Positions 1 through 7,830 of a stretch of 7,950 nucleotides of DNA are shown here, piece after piece. The notes beneath the pieces were generated by a model. It had not been told where the DNA came from. It ran no database searches and was given only the letters and a program-made list of their open reading frames with translations. Position numbers and translations under genes: made by a program. Each line of letters begins with the position of its first letter. Position 1 is the stretch's first letter. This stretch comes from Octopus sinensis. Its lineage: Eukaryota. The stretch spans positions 1 through 7,950 of the forward strand of contig NW_021828699.1 of NCBI RefSeq assembly GCF_006345805.1, written 5' to 3'.

Positions 1-40
1 ACACGCACGCACGCACGCACACACACATAAGCACACATAC
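1..40. repeat. (ACGC)n/(AC)n microsatellite, continuing from the left edge
   Basis: ACACGCACGCACGCACGCACACACAC is read directly. Confidence 0.9.
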
Positions 41-264
41 TTGTCGAACAAGGGGCATCTCACATTTTCCGTCTACCAAATTCACTCAAAATTAGTCAAA
101 AAGTTTAGGGCAATTCGAAGGAAACTTAGCTGCTATATCCCGCAGAACGATCGCGTATGGCTACGCAAAGGCTTCATCAATGGTTCTTTATATACCAGTA
201 TATATAGTGGGTGGAAAAGTGAATCAGTTACATCCATTATCCTGCTAATATTAATTCGTCTCAA

Positions 265-430
265 GGCAGCGAACTGGCAGAAGAATCGTTAGCACGCCGG
301 GCGAATGTTTGTTAGCAGTATTTTCGTCTGTCGCTACGTTCTGAGTTCAAATTCCGCCGAGCTCAACTTTGCCTTTCATCCTTTCGGAGTACCAAATTTC
401 AGGCATTGTGCCTATAATGGAAAGTATTAA
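265..430 (+). mobile_element. tRNA-derived SINE, copy S1 (internally deleted)
   Basis: A-box-like TGGCAGAAGAATCG, B-box GTTCAAATTCC (345-355), central CTTTGCCTTTCATCCTTTCGG. It aligns to the copies at 445-660 and 5517-5729. Its tail matches the 5517-5729 copy at 30/37 nt. It resembles Octopus SINEs as I recall them. Confidence 0.9.
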
Positions 431-444
431 TAATTCATCTCAAA

Positions 445-660
445 GGCGATGAGCTGGCAGAATCACTAGCACGCTCGGACAAAATGCATAGCGGCATTTC
501 GCCCGTCTTTATGTTCTGAGCTCAATTCCGCCGAAGTCGATTTTGTCTTTCATCCTTTTGGGGGCGATGAAATAAGTACATGTTAAGCACTGGGGTAGAT
601 GCAATCAACTTCACCTTCCCCGAAATTGCTGGCCTTGTACCAAAATTTGAAATCAATATT
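445..660 (+). mobile_element. tRNA-derived SINE, copy S2 (near full length, different 3' tail)
   Basis: Head GGCGATGAGCTGGCAGAATC, degenerate B box, central TTTCATCCTTTTGGGGGCGATGAAATAAGTAC, tail GAAATTGCTGGCCTTGTACCAAAATTTGAAATCAATATT. It is clearly paralogous to S1 and S3. Confidence 0.9.
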
Positions 661-981
661 AATTCGTCTTAAATACCAGAACAAAAGAAAAGAAACAAAA
701 CCGTTAAACCATTTCTCCAGGTTGAACAGAAGAAAACATTTTTTTAAAATCAAACCAAAAATAAATATAGGAATAGAATAGGAAACAGTCAAGAAAAGGC
801 CTAAAATAATTTAAAATTCTATATAAAATTATAATATAATTAATCAATAATTAATTCTAAACATTATATGATTAATATAATTCGTATTCTTACCTTATAT
901 TAAAAGCATTCTGAGATCTAACCTTTAAGATGTGGTTTCTTCTGAATGTGTACATGTTCCGTTTGTGAAACGAGCGGGAAG

Positions 982-1052
982 ACAATAACAACAACAGCAA
1001 CAGTAACAAAGCCAACACTAACACCAACACCAACAACAGCAACAACAACACA
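982..1052. repeat. Degenerate (AAC)n trinucleotide repeat
   Basis: Runs of ACAACAACAGCAACAGTAACA...ACAACAGCAACAACAACA. This is the source of the poly-L/V ORFs on the minus strand. Confidence 0.85.
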
Positions 1053-1100
1053 AAAACGAACAATGAAACTATGAAAAGAGATAACAAGGTTCACAAATTT

Positions 1101-1345
1101 ATGTGTGTGTAATATACATACAAACATACATACATACATATATATATATATATATTATATATATCTAATATATATATATAATATATATATATATATAATA
1201 TATATACATTTATATAATACATACATACATATATATAGATATTTACATATATATACACACGTATATGTAGTTATATACATATACATATATAAATATATAT
1301 ATATGCATGTATGTATATGTACGTGTGAGTGCGCGTGTATACATG
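1101..1345. repeat. Compound (ATAC)n/(AT)n microsatellite
   Basis: Read directly; it produces the YI-repeat ORF 1105-1359. Confidence 0.95.
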
Positions 1346-1404
1346 TCGCTGTGTTGTAGGGTTCATTAATGTCGGAAAATAACAGTTGGTTATAGATTGT
1401 ACAC

Positions 1405-1639
1405 TAACATACATGCACACACGTATACATTCATAATCATAGACACACACTCACTCACTCACACACACACCACACACAGCATACTCATACACATATGAAT
1501 ATGTAAATGAAAAGCATAGCAACAGACGGAGAACACGCATACACGTACATATATAAATACATTTACACATATACACACATATATACACATACACACACAA
1601 CACTCATGCATACATGCATACATACATACATATATGTGT

Positions 1640-1677
<38 letters not shown>

Positions 1678-1782
1678 TATTATATATATATATATATATT
1701 ATATATATATACACAATATATGAAGAGAGAAAGAAAGAGACAGACAGACAGACAGATAGAGCAGAGCGAGAGTGAGAGACAA
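1405..1782. repeat. Compound (AC)n/(AT)n microsatellite followed by a (GA)/(GACA)n tract
   Basis: AC/ACTC runs at 1405-1500, AC/AT runs at 1535-1720, GAGA/GACA at 1722-1782. Confidence 0.9.
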
Positions 1783-1889
1783 TGGAGTACATTTGTTTGT
1801 TCAGATATAAAATGGTGGGGTGAGACTTCAATCTGGCAGGAGCGACGGTGATGGTGAAAAAAATTATTGTTCTATGGGATGTACATGAG

Positions 1890-1945
1890 ATTCATACATA
1901 CATACATACATACATTTATGTATATATACATATGTATATACATCA
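1890..1945. repeat. (ATAC)n microsatellite
   Basis: CATACATACATACATACATACAT is read directly. Confidence 0.85.
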
Positions 1946-2372
1946 AATGTAGATACATAGAATATAATTCATTACATTGCCCTAACATGTCATTCGTTCA
2001 TTCATTGAGTGTTTTCTAAGACCATTGACACCCAACTCCCCAATTGACATCTATTGTCCGGTGTTCGAAGGTTTATTATGATAAACGGCCAAGAGGCTTG
2101 ACTTTTCAAGCGACAGAAGAAGAAAACAAAGAAGAAAAAAAAGGGACACACAAAAAGAAGAGCGAAAAGTGTTAAATGGCAACACATATAAAAGAACAAA
2201 GACAATTACAAAAAAAAACGAAATGAATAAAATGAATAAAACGAGGAACGAAAACTTAACACATTGAAGCGAGCCACAGAGGGAAACTTTAAGAGGTCGT
2301 CAATTCAGCAAGAAATAGCTACTAAATCTTTCCTCAAAGCTTACAAATTTTGTTACTTTCACCCAACATATA

Positions 2373-2524
2373 TTAGGGGTCCGGATTAAGAGACCAACAG
2401 AATATGTACCGGGCTTGAAAAAAATTAAAAAAACACTGGTATCGTTTCGTTTAACTAAATATCTTTGAGATCGAGCCCCGACATGGCAGCTGTCCAATGA
2501 CTAAAATATGTAAATGACAAAAGA
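2373..2524 (+). mobile_element. Degraded 3' half of an Octopus-type interspersed repeat (SINE-like)
   Basis: AATATGTACC...CACTGGTATCG...TTAACT resembles the AAGTAC...CACTGGGGT.GAT...ACT module of S2/S3. It ends in CATGGCAGCTGTCCAATGACTAAAATATGTAAATGACAAAAGA, similar to a common Octopus repeat I recall. Not verified by search. Confidence 0.5.
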
Positions 2525-2544
2525 AAAATTCATTAAAGTGTTGC

Positions 2545-2705
2545 CCGTCTTTCTGCCCTTATCTACCTTCATTTTCCTCTTCGAGTGGTACTTGATGGGG
2601 TCGATATGTTCTTGACCTGAGAGGAAAACTTTGAACTCCGTCTTTTCACGTTCTATACATAACGTGTTTTGTCATAGACGCCACAAACCCTAACCACTAA
2701 GCCGC
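2545..2705 (-). mobile_element. Highly degraded tRNA-headed SINE
   Basis: The minus strand has an A-box CGGCTTAGTGG (2704-2694) followed by TTAGGG and a B-box-like GGAGTTCAAAG (2639-2629). Downstream sequence is only weakly CORE-like. Confidence 0.4.
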
Positions 2706-2910
2706 CCATCTTCACTGCGTATAAAATAATCTCAGACAAAAAGAAAACCTATCTGGTCGCTCATTAGAAGGACACATTATACAAGGTGATCCGAAATACA
2801 CTATAACAAGCCACTATAGCAACGCTGTTGTTTTACAGCTTATTGTAATGCAAGTTACGACATCCCTTATATCTTCTGATTAAACATACACCATAAATTA
2901 AGTTGTACTA

Positions 2911-3182
2911 TCAGGTTTAGTAAAAAGTAAGAACCGTTTTGAACCATGAAGAATTTGTACCGGATTTTGCTGAGTTTTGAATTTTTTGAAATATTTTTTT
3001 TTTGCAATTGTCTGGTAATAGTCATAGACTTGCTCAAATGCATCAATAAATTAACATTGATATTTTTTTCACTATTGTTACAATCATCTGAAGTGGAATT
3101 GTCAAAGTGCCATATTCGAGTATTTTTGCAATTAAACTTCAAAAAGGACGTAGAGCAGATGAAACTGTTCGTGATATCAATA
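2911..3182 (+). mobile_element. 5' fragment of a mariner element (mariner A): TIR, 5' UTR and first ~30 codons
   Basis: TA (2909-2910) is followed by TCAGGTTTAGTAAAAAGTAAGAACCGTTTT, similar to the Hsmar1-type TIR TTAGGTTGGTGCAAAAGTAATTGCGGTTTT. From 3093 (GTG, 182 nt in, the usual mariner ORF offset) it reads ELSKCHIRVFLQLNFK, then after a 1-nt frameshift in an A-run GRRADETVRDIN, like mariner N-termini (Hsmar1 ...FEFKMGRKAAETTRNIN). Confidence 0.75.
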
Positions 3183-4522
3183 TTTAGGGGTGAAAAAAGT
3201 ATTCGTACAGAACATAAATAACTGATAATTCTGATTTAATACTTCGTAGCATAACCATTATTCAGTTCCACTTGAACCAATCTCTTCTTGAATGAATTTT
3301 AATTTTCAAATAACGCCACAAATTTTCAATGGGGTTCAAGTCAGGTGACTGGCTTGGCTATTCTAATAATTTTATATTGTGATCGACAATCCATTTTTTG
3401 GTAGACTTCGCCGTGTGCTTAGTGTTGCTTTCCTGTTGTAAAACCCACCCTTCTCAGAGCTGGAGCTTTTCTACAGAGTCCCATAAATTATTGTTCTAAA
3501 TATTTTGGTACACCTCTGCATTCATTCTACCATCTATCACATGTAAATTTCCAGTACCATTTGCAGAGAAACACCCCCACATCTTGATGTTGCCACCTCC
3601 AAACTTTACGGTAGGAATTGTTTTTTTCGGCGAATAGGCGGTACCATCTTTCCTCCAAACATTACAACGCGAATTTCGTCCAAACAATTCAATTTTCGAC
3701 TCGTCTGTCCATAGAACAATTTCCCAGAATGTATCAGATTTATCTTTATGTTCGTAAACAAATTTTAAACGGGTATCTCCATGTCTTTTAGTCAACAGTG
3801 GAGTTTTTCTAGGAGAGCGTGATTTCAGTTCATTCCAATGACGTTTATTGCTGATTGTTCGTAGTGTAACACTAGTCCCTGAAGTTAACAAATCTTCTTG
3901 CAAATCCTTTCTGGTGATCATTGCGTTTTTTTTTTCGCTTCTTTGCTTCATTTATCTTAAAGATCTAGGGGGAATCTTGCGTGGTGCACCGGATTTTATT
4001 CTGTTTTCAACAGTTCCCGATTTTTTTATATCTTTGAATAAATGAAGATATGGTAGAAAATGGAATACAAAGGGTCTCTGATATTTTCCTGTAACTTTTA
4101 CCTGCTTTCTACTGTTCAATAATTAGGTTTTTCACTGAATTTGTGAGTTCTTTACTTTTTGCCATTATTACGATACTACTTTATGTTGTCTCAATGCTGA
4201 ATGAAGAAGCTAGCGTTTGACACTTAAAAATGACAACTGATAAGATTATTGGAACAAACGAGAAAGTTCTAGTAAGAAAAAATGATTTTAACAGTATTTT
4301 GTGGCATAGAAAATCATAAATTTATTCTGTACGAATACTTTTTTCACCCCTAAATATTTATAATTGTATATAAATTCCTTAGTTACTATAATTTATTAGT
4401 TTCTTATGCATATTCTTAGTTTATGCATGTGTATGCAAATATCGTATCGGTATATCCCATTTATGTTCATTAGAAATTAAATAAAGAATTTTCACATGTA
4501 CGAATATTTATTCCCCCCACTG
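3179..4522 (-). mobile_element. Tc1-family DNA transposon (DD34E) of IR/DR type; the IR downstream of the transposase is truncated
   Basis: Intact terminus reads CAGTGGGGGGAATAAATATTCGTACA on the minus strand (4522-4497), with TA at 4523-4524. A related inner repeat lies at 4325-4358 and is a perfect 34-bp inverted match to 3179-3212. A transposase pseudogene lies between them. Confidence 0.9.
3236..4165 (-). pseudogene. Tc1 transposase pseudogene
   Basis: ATG at 4165 gives MAKSKELTNSVKNLIIEQ*KAGKSYRKIS. Later motifs: [39 protein letters not shown], and ...NGYATKY* ending at 3236. There are five in-frame stops and a frameshift in the A-run at 4021-4027. The second catalytic motif reads QQESNT instead of QQDNDP, still 34 residues from the E. 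An internal deletion lies near 3285. Confidence 0.95.
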
Positions 4523-4523
4523 T

Positions 4524-4700
4524 ATGCACACACACATACACATACAATATATATATATATTATATATATATAATATAAATTATATATACAAACATATATA
4601 TATACATATATATATAAACTTATATATATATACATATATATATTACTTAATTTCCATCTATCTATTTATTATTTATCATTATTTATTTCTACTTTTATTT
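4524..4700. repeat. (AC)/(AT)n microsatellite grading into (TTTA)-like repeats
   Basis: Read directly; it starts immediately after the Tc1 terminal TA. Confidence 0.9.
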
Positions 4701-5075
4701 AGTTTTTAAGTTATTCCATTTTATTTTCCATGAATATTTATAACTCACCACTTAGATACACTTACTGTGTATAACATTTAACTTCTTTAACCCACAATAA
4801 ACTCACCATGCATCCTTCAAAAATGAGAACCTAAACCCTACAAAGCTCATAAAAACCCTCAAGTTCTAACCCATAAAGTTGGAATATGACATTTTCTTAG
4901 CATTTAACCATATGTTAGGGATTTCTAATTAACTACCGGATAGCACAGAAACATATGTAGCTTTTTAAAATACTTTTTGAGCATTTTTATTTGTATTTTT
5001 AAAAGATATTTTTCAACATGTTTTGATATACAAATACATTTTTTATACATCCATTCTCCTCGATGTTTTTTTTCT

Positions 5076-5141
<66 letters not shown>

Positions 5142-5146
5142 TGTGT

Positions 5147-5184
<38 letters not shown>

Positions 5185-5259
5185 ATGTATGGGTGTGTGT
5201 GTATAACCATACATAGAAAATATATATATGCATATATATATTTATGCTCATACATTCAT

Positions 5260-5309
<50 letters not shown>

Positions 5310-5325
5310 TACCTGTGTGTGTATA
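5076..5325. repeat. Compound (AT)n-(GT)n microsatellite
   Basis: Read directly; it produces the CV/HT-repeat ORFs. Confidence 0.95.
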
Positions 5326-5516
5326 AGGTAAACTAACAGGGATTTAGAATTTGGGAAGGTACCTTTGAGCACTCTGATACATTCAAGATCTGGTTAACCG
5401 CATCAAATGATAAGGAACATTCAGAATCGTTTTTAATATTCAATTAACCTGGACTCCACTCGATAGGTAAATCCTGAGTTAGCTTTAATGAATTCCATGT
5501 AGCGTACAGTATATAA

Positions 5517-5729
5517 TCCTTTCTACGATAGGGACAAGGCCTGGAATTTGGGGCAAGGATAGTCGATTAAATCGATGACAGTTCTCGGCTGGTACTTAAA
5601 TTATCGACTCTGAAAGGACGAAAGCAAAGTCGACCCCAGCGGAATTTGAACTCAGAACGTGGTAAAGGACAAAATGCCGCTTAACAGTTTTCCCGGCTTG
5701 CTAGCGATTCTGAAAGCTCGCCGTCTTCT
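5517..5729 (-). mobile_element. tRNA-derived SINE, copy S3, full length with a perfect 12-bp TSD
   Basis: The reverse complement aligns with S1/S2 from head to tail, including B box GTTCAAATTCC. It is flanked by TACAGTATATAA at 5505-5516 and 5730-5741. Confidence 0.95.
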
Positions 5730-5885
5730 TACAGTATATAACCAAGACATCATAACGAAGAATGGAGAATTATACATCTTCAAAATTTTATAAATAAATT
5801 TTGAAAATGCATAATTCGATGGTAAATGAGGATACCATCGCAACCCTCTGTCACTTTTGCCTCACATTATTTGTTTAGTCATGAA

Positions 5886-5967
5886 GGCGGTGAACTGGTA
5901 GAATCGTTAGCATGCTGAACAAAATGCTTAGTGGCATTTCCTCCACCATGACATTTTGAGTCAATTC
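5886..5967 (+). mobile_element. tRNA-derived SINE head, copy S4 (3'-truncated at the B box)
   Basis: GGCGGTGAACTGGTAGAATCGTTAGCATGCTGAACAAAATGCTTAGTGGCATTTC aligns with the S1-S3 heads. Homology stops at GAGTCAATTCTG. Confidence 0.85.
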
Positions 5968-6336
5968 TGGCAAAGAATTCATCAAGGTATCTTTTTACGT
6001 CATCCAAGGAATTGAAATTTTTACCATTAAGACTATTCTACAGAGACCTGAATAAGCGGCAATCCGAAGGAGCAATATCTGGTGAATATGGAGTGTGGGG
6101 TAACATATTCCAGCCGAGCTGCAGCAATTTTTGTCTGGTTCCTAAAGCATCAAGTGCTGAAAATGAACTTTCTTATCTTCCATTTTAAAGGGTTACAAAA
6201 TTAACACAGGTTATAGGATTATAAACCCTCTTCCACGAAAAGATAGCTTAAACTGTGCTCTAAATGAAGTGTAGTCAAATCCTATTTTATGGGCTCAACC
6301 ATGTTCTAAAATAAGTCGAAATGTAAGCTACTATAA
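5968..6336 (-). mobile_element. Internally deleted mariner (mariner B); both termini lost
   Basis: ATG at 6183 gives MEDKKVHFQHLML*. This joins near 6141 directly to GTRQKLLQLGWNMLPHTPYSPDIAPSDCRLFRSL*NSLNGKNFNSLDDVKRYLDEFFA, which carries the mariner YSPDxAPSD motif (6088-6062). The 6336 boundary is approximate: it is where LINE homology ends, plus my recollection of the 5' UTR. Confidence 0.9.
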
Positions 6337-7345
6337 CACATTATGGGCCACTGATTTATTGAATGCAGAGAGTTCTGAGGTCCATATTTTCTTTATTCGG
6401 CTGTAATATTCTTTAGTGGCATGTGTTTCGTTACAGGTGCCATTCTATGATATGTTTTTAGCCACTCCTAGACACCTGTAACATTCCTCGTCAGATATAG
6501 GAGAAACAGTCAAATCATTGATGGAGATGTTGTTGGTCTGATTTATAGTTTTTTTCCCCTTTACACTACTATATAACATTTGACCAAACTCCAACCCTGC
6601 ATCCTTTGAGAACGTCGTAACTAGATCAAGGCTCTTTTTCACCTCGTGCATATTCTTTGTAAAAAGCTTCAAGTCATCCGGAAAGAAACTGAGTGTACTT
6701 TTGGTATTGGTATTTCTGCTTTCTTGTGAACCAGAGAGATATCCTTCAGACTTCCTTAACATGAACGACAAGGGGTTTCCAGCAAGTACAAACAACATCA
6801 CACACAGGCTGTCCCCTTGCGATACTGTATTCTATCAATGATGATACAATCACTCTTTGTATTTAATTTCAAAAGGGAGACCCATGATGAAGTCAGGTCA
6901 TCTATGGCTTTGATTCAGCTCTCTGGGACTTTAGCAAGTTGAAGGGCTTCTAGCATCCATGAGTGGGGAACAGATTCAAAGGCTTTCTTGTAGTCTAGCC
7001 ACATTGAAACTAGGTTCCTCCTATACTTTCGCACCTCTGACATCAGAGTTTTGCTGATTAACAGTTACTCGGTACATCGCCAGATTTCCTTCATACCCAG
7101 CTGCTTGTTCTGCTGTGATGATTTTCTTGGTTTCACAGTAGTCCTAGAAGAAGAGGTTTAAGCATGCTGTGTATATTTTATGCATTAAGCTCTGGCATAT
7201 AACTGGTACAATTGGTCGGTATTTTTTTGTCATGTGAGTGGTTTTGCATTTGGGAATCAATTTTGTCTCTGCCAGAGCTAACCAGTGTGGTATGATATTG
7301 TTCCCAATGAGAGCTTGCTGGTAAAGATGGATAAAATATGGTATG
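6337..7345 (-). pseudogene. Non-LTR retrotransposon reverse transcriptase fragment, R4/Dong-like
   Basis: Motifs appear in order: PHWLALAETKLIPK, KYRPI, EQAAG, WLDYKKAFESVPHSW (7001-6957), QGDSLCVMLFVL (from 6819), FFPDDLKLF (6687-6661), VTTFSKDAGLEFG, YRCLGV, EYYSRIKKIWTSELSAFNK. There are several stops and frameshifts. The DDLKL...FSKD.GLEFG and W.DY.KA..SVPH.W signatures are typical of R4/Dong-clade RTs. Confidence 0.9.
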
Positions 7346-7495
7346 TATATAAGTATGTATGATTGTATGCATATTTATTATGTATGTATGTATGTATGTA
7401 TGTATGTATGTATGTATGTATGCACGTATGTATATCTGTATGTATTTATGTATGCATGTATGTTTGTATGCTTGTTTGTTTGCATGCACGTATGT
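7340..7495. repeat. (TATG)n microsatellite
   Basis: Read directly; it produces the YVCM/HTYI ORFs. Confidence 0.95.
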
Positions 7496-7713
7496 CTTTT
7501 ATATCCCTTTTATATCTTCTTTCTTCAGCAACAGTCATTGCTGAACAGTTAACGGCGTCGGAGAGCATAAAGATATATTCTTTAATGTATTCAAGCAGTG
7601 TATTACCACCCATCTCTTCTTCCTTCCCTCTTTCTCACTTTTTCTCTCTCTCCACCACCCCACCACACAGGGGGACACACATAAGCACACATGGACATAC
7701 ACATTCGTACACA

Positions 7714-7830
7714 CAGGGCCGGATTAAAACCTACATAGGCCCTAAGCACTTAAAAGGTTTTGGCGCCATCAACTATATGTAAATGGTTCAAAATGTAAAG
7801 AAAACTAATTCAAGGGTACATTTATTTTGT
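7714..7830 (+). mobile_element. Putative left end of a hAT-like non-autonomous element
   Basis: It begins CAGGGCCGGATTAA, a terminus typical of hAT (Tip100-like) elements. The matching end and an 8-bp TSD are not in the window. Confidence 0.4.

Noticed and set aside
41-792. ORFs 41-292, 583-792 and 599-781 as genes
   Set aside because: They have no recognisable motifs, overlap SINEs or A-rich sequence, and 41-292 starts at TTG. The 41-180 stretch may be old repeat debris, but I cannot support a family call.
894-941. Possible minus-strand 48-bp exon with an AAG|GTAAGA donor
   Set aside because: The acceptor has a poor pyrimidine tract and the peptide is unrecognisable; splice-like motifs are common by chance.
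890-1831. ORFs 890-1087, 918-1139, 1105-1359 and 1604-1831
   Set aside because: They are low-complexity translations of (AAC)n, (AT)n and (ATAC)n repeats.
2021-2070. Possible plus-strand 50-bp exon (CTAAC at 1982, TTTTCTAAG acceptor, PLTPNSPIDIYCPVFE)
   Set aside because: The donor (GTTTAT) is weak, there is no recognisable homology, and its phase does not join the 5340 candidate.
2567-2616. Possible minus-strand 50-bp exon after TTTTCCTCTCAG
   Set aside because: It lies within the degraded SINE-like element at 2545-2705, and the donor is weak.
2778-2800. TACAAGGTGATCCGAAATA as another Tc1/mariner terminus
   Set aside because: It has no inverted partner or associated coding remnant in the window.
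2867-3221. ORFs 2867-3142 and 2946-3221 as genes
   Set aside because: They overlap the mariner A UTR and N-terminus; only the ELSKCHIRVF portion is real, as transposase remnant.
3183-4354. Reading the Tc1 as a complete 1172-bp short-TIR element with TA TSDs at 3181-3182 and 4355-4356
   Set aside because: The TTTAGG terminus is non-canonical, the interrupted mariner does not resume at 4357, and a canonical CAGTG terminus with a related repeat lies at 4497-4522. These repeats are inner DRs.
4524-5331. ORFs 4524-4709, 4977-5216, 5023-5331 and 5043-5255
   Set aside because: They are microsatellite translations (YI, CV, HT repeats).
5779-5840. Two adjacent hairpins (10-bp AT-rich stem 5779-5805; 8-bp stem 5817-5840) as a Helitron end or terminator
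   Set aside because: There is no CTRR end at the expected distance, and stems this short are expected by chance in 8 kb.
7178-7782. ORFs 7178-7489, 7343-7552, 7359-7544 and 7363-7782
   Set aside because: They are dominated by (TATG)n. ORF 7178-7489 overlaps the RT in the wrong frame.
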